From Octopus vulgaris (taxonomy: Eukaryota): a stretch of 64,000 nucleotides of DNA. Shown in pieces: positions 53,769 to 64,000 of this stretch. Positions within the stretch are counted from its first letter, which is position 1. Every line of letters starts with the position of its first letter. A program made the translations under genes and the position numbers. The DNA is taken from NCBI GenBank assembly GCA_951406725.2, contig OX597843.1, positions 13,206,001 through 13,270,000 on the forward strand, written 5' to 3'. The notes under the pieces were generated by a model, which was not told the DNA's origin, searched no databases, and saw nothing but the letters and a program-made list of their open reading frames with translations.

Positions 53769-54224
53769 GCTAGCTAGCTAGCTATCTATATACCTACCTA
53801 TCTATCTATCTATCTGCCTGTCACCTATCTATGTATATCCATCTACCTACCTATAGATCTATCTGCCCATCTATCTATCCATCTACATACCTATATATCT
53901 GTCTGTCCTTCTATCTCTCTCTCTCTATGTATCTATCTATTTATCTCCCTTTCTCTCTATCTACTTATCTATATATCTATCTGTCCATCTCTCTCTCTCT
54001 GTCTATCTATCTATCTATCTATTTATCTCTCTCTCTATCTATCAATCTATCTACCTATCTATATATCTAACTGTCTATCTATCTATCTCTCTTGCTCACT
54101 GTCTCTATCTATCTATCTACCTACCTACCTACCTACCTACCTACCTACCTATCTATCTATCTAGCTATCTATCTATCTATCTATCTGTCTATCTGTCCAT
54201 TTATCTCCCTCTCTGTCTCTCTCA

Positions 54225-54263
<39 letters not shown>

Positions 54264-54459
54264 TCTCTATCCGCACCAACCAACCCATCTGAACCTCCTC
54301 CATGTGTCACAGTTTGTCTCCTCTCACAAAGACTCCTCTCCTTCCACGCCCTCTTCCACTCCTCCTGCTCACTCCCCACCTGCAAACCGTTCTTCTTCTT
54401 GTTACTGTTGTTCTACTCCTGTCATCTGTTTCCGTAAATACAGTAATAAAAGCATATAT

Positions 54460-54491
<32 letters not shown>

Positions 54492-54685
54492 TTCATACAC
54501 ACACCTGCATACATATATATACATATACATACCCAAACATATACATGCAATACATACATTACATAGGCACGCATACATACACACACACAGCTTTGCACAG
54601 ACAGACTGATTGTAACACACACACAAACACATACACCGAAACACACACACACACTGAAACACACACACCGAAACACACACACTGA

Positions 54686-54744
<59 letters not shown>

Positions 54745-55140
54745 ATACACACACACACACACACCGAAACACATACACACACACACTGAACACACACACA
54801 CACACACACCGAAACACATACACACACACACACGTAGACAAATGCATGCATACACACATATTTATGCACAGAGACAAAGTGTAAAACACATACTTACACA
54901 CACGAAAACACATACATATATATACACACACACACACACACTCCAAAACACACACACTCCAAAACACACACACACACAGACACCAAAACACACACACACA
55001 GACACACATACATACATACGTACATACACACATTAATGCACATAGATGAAGTGTAAAACACACACACATACGCACACAACCACACACACAAATGCATATG
55101 CACACACATTCGCACAAACAGACATACACACACACACGTG
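51600..55140. repeat. (CCA/ACT)n, (CTAT)n and (AC)n microsatellite blocks
   Basis: Direct reading. Confidence 0.9.
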
Positions 55141-55475
55141 TACACGTCATTTAGGAGTGATATTGTAGGGCAGGTGTAAGAGGCCTGATCTGATTGTCCT
55201 GAGACAGCAGGTTGAAATACTAAAGTGTGTTTAGCCTTTAGCATTCAGATTAATCTGTCAAATGTAATCCTTATTTATCCACATTGTTTTGAGTTAATCA
55301 TGGATTATATCATAGCTTTGAGATTTCAATGATGTGATTATATATTTTTAAAATGACATTGTAGGGTAGGTATGAAAGGCTTGATAAGGCTGGTTTGAAC
55401 AATAAAACACGTGAAATAGTATTATAACACATCTTTTTGATATATATATATAAATATATATATAAATATATATAT

Positions 55476-55974
55476 GATTGATTCTAGTTTCAGCTTATGA
55501 GCTGTGGCCATGCTGGGGCACCGCCATTTGGTGTTGCTACTTGGTTTCACTTCATGGAGGCTTTCTAGCAACTGCTATTTGGTGCATGAGAGAGTTCGAT
55601 GCAGCTGCCCTCATCTGCCCCTCCTGCCGTGAAGTTGGTTCATCTGGGACACCTGACAGGAAGAGATCCAGCTCCATTTTAAAGACACATCCACCCCATG
55701 CAGGTCTCTCAGGTTCTTCGGGAGGATATTGAAGAGCTGTGGGCCTCGGAAGCCCAGGCTATCACAGAATCTTGTCCTACATCTTGATGGCAAGTTTGGT
55801 GTCCTAGGCACCACGCAGTGGCGCCCAGTTCTGGCATTTGCGTAACTCTCGATGCCAAAGTTCAGGACACTTCCCTCCAGGATCTTCCAGATGTATATTA
55901 TGGCATATCTTTCCCGCCTACGCTCCAGGGAATATAATTTTAATCTCTTGAGTCTTTCCCAGTAGCTTACATTC

Positions 55975-55979
<5 letters not shown>
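55476..55979 (-). mobile_element. CR1/L2-group LINE 3' fragment
   Basis: SYWERLKRLKLYSLERRRERYAIIYIWKILEG...RTGRHC...GPQLFNILPKNLRD, a frameshift, then FKMELDLFLSGVPDEP and a 3' UTR. Confidence 0.85.
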
Positions 55980-56039
<60 letters not shown>

Positions 56040-56130
56040 GGCCTGGTGCAGCCTTCAGTCTAGCCAGTCCTCAGTGAAACCGTCCAACTCATGCCAACAT
56101 GGAAAGCAGATGTTAAACAATGATGATGAA

Positions 56131-56178
<48 letters not shown>

Positions 56179-56445
56179 GTGTGTATGTATGTATGTGTTT
56201 ATGTGTATATATATGTGTGTGTGTGTGTGTGTGTATATGTTTGTGTGTCTGCATTTGTCCCCCCCAACATCGCTTGACAACTGATGCTGGGGTGTTTACG
56301 TGCCCGTAACTTAGCAGTTCAGCAATAAAGACCGATAGAATAAGTACTAGGCTTACAAAGAATAAGTCCTGGGGGCAATTTGTTCAACTAAAGGCTGTAC
56401 TCCAGCATGGCCGCTGTCAAATGACTGAAACAAATAAAAGTACAT

Positions 56446-56498
<53 letters not shown>

Positions 56499-56829
56499 CA
56501 CAGACACATACATACATGTACACACACAAATACGATCACACACATATTATCACATACACTTACGTATATCCACATGCATAGAAATATTAGCTCAGACATA
56601 AACACACACACACACACACACACACACCTATATACCCCCACACACGCATACACATGCAGACACAGACTGCAATTCTGCAGGCCTGAATCATGGTAAGAGA
56701 TGCATTCTTGAAGTGCTTGTCACATGCATCAGTGGTGATGCATTTGCGATGCACACACATAGGTATGTGAATGCAGGAACAATGCATCTGCACTGTCTGT
56801 GCATTGTCGTCAGCCAGAGTTTATTTCTG

Positions 56830-56865
<36 letters not shown>

Positions 56866-56874
56866 GCATGCCAT

Positions 56875-56914
<40 letters not shown>

Positions 56915-58050
56915 GCATGCCATGCGCACACACACACACACACATATGCATGCCATGCGCACACACACACACACACATATGCATGCCATGCGCACACACA
57001 CACACACACACACACACATATGCATGCAGGAGCACGAGGACACATACACACGTGCACATTAAGAGTTTATTTCTGGCACACATACACACACACACGTGTG
57101 CATGCCATGCGCACACATATACGTGTGCAGGGATAGGAGGACATATACACACGCACACACAAGGACTTGCGTGTACACACACACACATATGCAAGTAGGG
57201 GCACGAGGACACATACACACACGCACATTAAGACTTGCAAGCACACACACAGACAGACACACACATATTCAAGACCATACACATAGGGGCACACACGTAC
57301 GTACACACACACACACACACACAGACACACACACACACAAGTACACACACATACACAATATGTGTGTCTGTTTGTTTGATGTCTGTGTGAGCATGTATGT
57401 GAGTGTTTGTGTGTTTGTCTGCCTGATTGAGTGTACATGTGTGTGTGTGTGTGTGCGTGCATGTGTGTTTGTGTGCGTGTGAATGCATGTGGTTGTGTGT
57501 GCTTGTGTGCGTGCTTGTGTGTGTGTGTATGTGTGAGTGTGTGTGTGTGCGTGTATGTGTGTGTGTGTGCATGCATGTGTGTTTGTGTGCGTGTGAATGC
57601 ATGTGGTTGTGTGTGCTTGTGTGCGTGCTTGTGTGTGTGTGTGTATGTGTGAGTGTGTGTGTGTGCGTGTATGTGTGTGTGTGTGCGTGCATGTGTGTTT
57701 GTGTGCGTGTGAATGCATGTGGTTGTGTGTGCTTGTGTGCGTGCTTGTGTGCATGTGTGTGTGTATGTGTGAGTGTGTGTGTAAGTATGTGTGTGTGTGT
57801 GTATCCATGTCTGAGTGAGCATGTGTATGTGTATGCTTCCATGCATGTGTGTGTGTGTAAATGTGTGCACATGCTTCTGTGACTGCTGCAACAAATCGTG
57901 TGCAGTGTCTGCACATTGTCATCAGTTAAAGTGCATTGATGATGCACAGACACGCATGCACATAATATATAGGTGACAACTGCAACAATGCATAAGGTAT
58001 GCATGTGTGTGTGAGTATGTATGAATGCCTGTATGTACAGTGCACACATA

Positions 58051-58221
58051 GGCGCAGGAGTGGCTGTGTGGTAAGTAGCCTGTCTACCAACCACATGGTT
58101 CTGGGTTCAGTCCCACTGCGTGGCATCTTGGGCAAGTGTCTTCTGCTATAGCCCCGGGCCGACCAAAGCCTTGTGAGTGGATTTGGTAAACGGAAACTGA
58201 AAGAAGCCCGTCGTATATATG

Positions 58222-58258
<37 letters not shown>

Positions 58259-58460
58259 TTGTGTGTCTGTGTTTGTCCCCCTAGCATTGCTTGACAACCG
58301 ATGCTGGTGTGTTTGTCCCCGTCACTTAGCGGTTCGGCAAAAGAGACCGATAGAATAAGTACTGGGCTTACAATAGAATAAGTTCCGGGGTCGAGTTGCT
58401 CGATTAAAGGCGGTGCTCCAGCATGGCCGCAGTCAAATGACTGAAACAAGTAAAAGTAAA
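58051..58460 (+). mobile_element. SINE family A, full length
   Basis: Complete head to tail. Confidence 0.9.
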
Positions 58461-58706
58461 ATTAGGCCATGCCACAACAGACATAGAACAGCATGAAACC
58501 CTCTGGCTCGTCTGATCTTGTCAGATTCTCCGACACATGCCAGCATGGAAAAAGGGACACTAAATCATAATGATGATGATGATGATGTATGCAACAGGCT
58601 TCCACACAATTTCCATCTCCCTAATCCATTATAATGGATATAATATATCCATTGGCCACTAAATTCACAAGTTTTTGTATCCTCTATCAGTTTATTTCCT
58701 CATGTT

Positions 58707-58744
58707 TCTTTCTGCTGAAGAGCATAGGCTCGAAACATAAAAGA
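58707..58744 (+). ncRNA. Degenerate minimal hammerhead-like motif in a probable Penelope-like fragment (~58630-58835)
   Basis: TCTTT-CTGCTGA-A-GAGC(ATAG)GCTC-GAAA-C-AT-A-AAAGA. Confidence 0.5.
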
Positions 58745-58854
58745 CTTTCTCACCTTCCCGAACATCAAACTAATACACCCGCTCATCGTTTATACACCTG
58801 TCTTCATCTTTTGCCTTTCTGTAAATTTTAACTAATATTATAATAATAATAATA

Positions 58855-58980
<126 letters not shown>

Positions 58981-58987
58981 AATAATG

Positions 58988-59073
<86 letters not shown>

Positions 59074-59087
59074 AATAATAAGTGTTC

Positions 59088-59183
59088 CTACGCAGAACAC
59101 TTTCCATCAGAGCATCACAGCAAACCACAGCACATACCCAAACACAGAATCGATAATAAGTAAAGCATAATAATAATAAAATA

Positions 59184-59188
<5 letters not shown>
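59088..59188 (+). mobile_element. Short R4/Dong-like 3' remnant inside (TAA)n
   Basis: Encodes LRRTLSI, compared with LRKTLSIQ* of the element at 50480. Confidence 0.45.
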
Positions 59189-59230
<42 letters not shown>

Positions 59231-59235
59231 CAACA

Positions 59236-60242
59236 ACCAGGCAGTGGCTCTAATGCCCTGATGCAGTACCAGGCAGTGGCTCTCATGGCTTCTGATCTTA
59301 ACTGATTGGAAGTGTTATCATGTACATTGTTTTGTCTTGGTAATAATAATAATAATAAAAGATGGGCTACAGCAAATATTCTGCTCAATACCACAGATTT
59401 GCTAATGCCCTGATGCAGTACCAGGCAGTAGCTCTCATGGCTTCTGATCTTAACTGATTGGAAGTGTTATCATGTACATTGTTTTGTCTTGGTATAAAAA
59501 AGATGGCCTACAGCAAATATTCTGCTCAATAACAACAACAGATTTGCTAATGCCCTGATGCAGTACCAGGCAGTGGCTCTCATGGCTTCTGATCTTAACT
59601 GATTGGAAGTGTTATCATGTACATTGTTTTGTCTTGGTATAAAAGATGGGCTACAGCAAATATTCTGCTCAATACCACAGATTTGCTAATGCCCTGATGC
59701 AGTTCCAGGCAGTGGCTGTCATGGCTTCTGATCTTAACTGATTGGAAGTGTTATCATGTACATTGTTTTGTCTTGGTATAAAAGATGGGCTACAGCAAAT
59801 ATTCTGCTCAATACCACAGATTTGCTTGTCAGTTGTTTGACCTTAACCAGTTGAGCATGTCCCTTGGTGGCTGACGATATGTGCATCTCTGATCACGAGC
59901 AGAAGTAGTGGGGGAGCATCATAGCTATGTGTTGAGAGGGATTCTTTGGGGTTTGAATAATTCACCTCTGGAAACATGGGTGTTTCATTTAACATCCTTA
60001 AATAACTCCTTATCCAAGGACCTTTTGAGTGGGATGGGTTACTCGACCAGAAGAAAATTCTAACTGGGCCCCACCTGCAAGGTCATGTGCTGTTTATCTT
60101 GATATGAGATCACCATATCGCGCACATATGGTTGTGATGCATGTGCCTGGTGTACCCTTATCAGACGGGTAGTCATGATGGGTATATTGGGGCTTCGTAT
60201 ATTTTACCCCAGTGTCACTTTGATGGCATGAACTGCTCTCTC
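59236..60242 (+). mobile_element. Family D element with its 5' ~140-150 bp reiterated four times
   Basis: TAATGCCCTGATGCAGT(A/T)CCAGGCAG near 59251, 59403, 59548 and 59687. Confidence 0.85.
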
Positions 60243-60258
60243 ACAGTTGGTAGTCATG

Positions 60259-60313
<55 letters not shown>

Positions 60314-60797
60314 CAACCAGGCAGTAGCTCTAATGCTCAACCAGAAGAAAATTCTAACTAGGCCCCACCTGCAAGGTCATGTGCTGTTTATCTTGATATG
60401 AGATCACCATGTTGACACAATATTTTTAATCAACAACATCACAATACAGTGCGATGTCTTCATTAATAATAATAACAATGGTTTCAAATTTTGGCACAAG
60501 GCCAGGAAATTCAGGCAAGGGGCTTAGACGATTATATCAACCCCAGTGTTCTACTGGCACTTAATTTATCGACCCTGAAAGAATGAAAGGCAAAGTCAAC
60601 CTTGGTGGAATTTGAACTCCTAACGTAAAGACAGATGGAATGTTGCAACACAGCCAAGCATTTTTCCTAGCGTGCTACTGATTCTGCTATTGATGGTCAA
60701 TAGAATTGAATACCAGTCATATACTGGGGTTGATGGTATGCTGTAAACCCCCACCTCCCTCTCGAAATTGATAACCTCATGTCTAAACTAGAAGCAA

Positions 60798-61394
60798 CTG
60801 TTGTCGTGTTATTGTTGTTGTTGTTGTTGTTGCTGCTATTGTTGTTGTTGTTGTTGTTGTTGTTATTGTTGTTGTTGCTGTTGCTATTGTTGTTGTTGTT
60901 GTTGCTGCTGCTGTTGCTGTTGTTGTTGTTGTTGTTGTTGCTGCTGCTGCTGTTGCTATTGTTGTTGCTGTTATTGTTGTTGCTGCTGCTTTTGTTGCTA
61001 TTGTTGTTGTTGTTATTGTTGTTGCTATTGTTGTTGCTGTTATTGTTGTTGCTGCTGCTTTTGTTGCTATTGTTGTTGTTGTTATTGTTGTTGTTGCTAT
61101 TGTTGTTGTTGTTGTTGTTGCTATGTTGTTGTTGCTGCTGCTGCTATTGTTGTTGTTGTTGCTATTGTTGTTGTTGCTATTGTTGTTGTTGCTGCTGCTG
61201 CTGCTGCTATTGTTGTTGTTGTTGTTGCTGCTGCTGCTATTGTTGTTGTTGTTGTTGCTATTGTTGTTGCTATTGTTGTTGTTGTTGCTATTGTTGTTGT
61301 TGCTATTGTTGTTGCTGCTGCTGCTGTTGCTATTGTTGTTGTTGTTGCTATTGCTGTTGTTGTTGTTGTTGTTGTTGCTGTTTGTTTGTTTGTT
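60798..61394. repeat. (TTG/CTG)n microsatellite
   Basis: Direct reading. Confidence 0.95.
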
Positions 61395-61767
61395 GAGCGA
61401 AGCAGTCTTCGTCCTCTTGGGAGAAGTCCGAAACGTGGTCCTTTGCTATTCGTAAGACCTGCAGAAGAGAAAGCAGGTCAACACCCCCCTCCCGACACCG
61501 AGAGCATCGACGGATGGATGAATGAATGCGCATCTAGGCTCAGCGGTTGCGTACGAAGTCGGGGAGGACAAGAAACAGGAAGAAAGGTTGAGAGAAAGTT
61601 GGAATGAAAGAGTACAACAGGGGTCGCCACCGACCCCTGCCGGAGCCTCGTGGAGCTTTTAGGTGTTTTCGCTCAATAAACACACCCAACGCCCGGTCTG
61701 GGAACTGAAACCGCGATCCTCCGACCACAAGTCCGCTGCCCTAACCACCGGGCCATTGCGCCTCCAC
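61381..61767 (-). mobile_element. SINE family E head with a third body type and (AAAC)n tail
   Basis: Head matches 45400-45596; body 61395-61570 is unrelated to the other E copies. Confidence 0.8.
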
Positions 61768-62053
61768 TTGCCATTGTTGTTGTTGTTGTGTGATTCTATC
61801 TGGACTTTTCCCTCTTTGGTCTTCTGTGGTCTTTTTATGAAACAAGTAACAGACACACAGACAGACTAACTTTGCTGTCATTGACCTCACTATCCACAAC
61901 AACAACAACAACAACAACAACAAGCTACCCTGACTGTTGATTCAATACATTCCACATTCTTTCTTTCTTTCTTTCTTTCCTTTTTGTTCCATTTAATTAA
62001 CGGTCAGATTAGAGACTTTAATTAAATCAGTGTTAATTGCAAATGTGTCTAAT

Positions 62054-63187
62054 CACACACACACACACTCACATATACATACACATGCACCCACACACAT
62101 ATACATACGCATGTATACACACACATATACATACATACACACACACACTCATATACATACACATGCCCACACACACACATATACAGACGCATGTATACAC
62201 ACACATATACATACACATGCCCACACATACACATATACAGACGCATGTATACACACACATATACATACACATACACACACACACTCACATATACAGACGC
62301 ATGTAGACACACACATATGCATACACATGTACACACACACACATACAGACACACATATACATACATAAATGCATATACCCAGATATACGCAAATACTCAC
62401 ACACACCAACAGATATACACCTACACAAACACACACACACACACACTGACACATATATGTACACTTATACACACACATATAAACATACAAACTCGTACAC
62501 AAACACACATATAGACATACACACACTCACACACATATACACATATACATGTACACTCACTCATACACATACGCACATATACACATACACACACTCGTAC
62601 ACATACATATACACATACATGCACACACTCAATAAAGAGTGTCTCTATAAAGTCACAAGAGCAGCTAGAAACAGCAGCCAAATCTCCCTCAAATTACACA
62701 ATTTGTTGGCTTCACGGAGTAAATGTCATTTTGGACCGACATATTATGGAATGTAGTAAGAGACAGGATGGTCATGGATGGAAAGTCATATACCTGAGAG
62801 TCAGACACATAGCATACCGGGCACACCACCACCACTACTACTACAACACCACAACTACTACTACAATAACTTCAACTACCACCACCACCACCACTACCAC
62901 CATCACTACCAGTACCCCCCCCCCCCCAGTACTGCCACCACCACCACTACCACTACCACCATAAACATAGCTATCAACATCACCATCATCATCGCCTTCA
63001 ACACCGCTATTACTACTAATAACACCGTCATCATCATCATCGCCACCGCTATCATCATCATCATCGTCATTATCATCATCATCATCATTGTCACTATCAT
63101 CATCATCAACACCACCATTTTCATCATCATCATCATCATTATCATCATCACCACCACGATTGTCATCATCATCATCATCATCATCAC

Positions 63188-63240
<53 letters not shown>

Positions 63241-63545
63241 CCACCACTGTCATCATCATGACCACCACAATTGTCATCATCATCATCACCACCACAATTG
63301 TCATCATCATCATCACCACCATTGTCATCATCATCATCATCATCATCACCACCATTGTCATCATCATCATCATCACCATTGTCATCATCATCATCATCAC
63401 CACCACCACCATTGTCATCATCATCATCATCACCACCATTGTCATCATCATCATCATCACCATTGTCATCATCATCATCATCACCACCACCACCACTGTC
63501 ATCATCATCATCATCACCACCATTGTCATCATCATCATCGTCGTC
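62054..63545. repeat. (AC/AT)n and (CAT/CAC)n microsatellites
   Basis: Direct reading. Confidence 0.9.
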
Positions 63546-64000
63546 ATTGTATGTCATCATCACTACCGTCGTTGCCATTATCGTGCACAGCATCCACCCC
63601 AAACTATGTACCCTGTTGTTATCACCATCGCCAACATTACCCCGTAATCCACATCCTCTACCCCACAACGAAGGACCAGGGCCGACGGAATCGCCACCAC
63701 CACCACCACCACCACTACCGCCATCATCGTCCCTATTTTTTATCCACCCTTATGTACCCCACAATTTCCTGGGTGGCGATGTGGGTGGTGGGTGGAGGGA
63801 TCATTGCAGTGAGTCATGTCTTGTGTAAGGTCTGACTAAATTGTTGACATCATTTTAGTATACTTCCACCAAGAGCCACACCTCAAACACACTGGGTACA
63901 TTCATTTTATATATACATATATATACATACGTGTGTGTGTGTGTGTATGTATATATATATACACAATATATATTTGTGTGAGTGAATCTGTATAATATAT

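Overview
Repeat-saturated eukaryotic DNA, most consistent with an octopus (coleoid cephalopod) genome; this is inferred from the tRNA-derived SINE families and the kilobase-scale microsatellites. Nearly all ORFs in the supplied track are translation artefacts of microsatellites or SINEs. Recognisable content: several SINE or SINE-like families (labelled A-I here); 3' fragments of Tx1/L1, CR1/L2 and R4/Dong retrotransposons; a decayed hAT element; non-autonomous Helitrons; one tRNA-Pro(TGG); and a chain of short + strand exon candidates with no recognisable product. Most notable observations: (1) a duplicated ~83-nt pre-miRNA-like hairpin that overlaps a splice acceptor and is far more conserved than its flanks; (2) a composite element with a tRNA-like head, a hammerhead-ribozyme motif, a Penelope-type inverted end and a 17-bp TSD, plus three further minimal hammerhead motifs; (3) two SINE-LINE pairs with shared 3' tails and conserved stem-loops; (4) a tRNA-Pro+SINE chimera inserted into another repeat; (5) several fold-back structures that could be ADAR substrates. 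Repeat boundaries were read by eye and are approximate.
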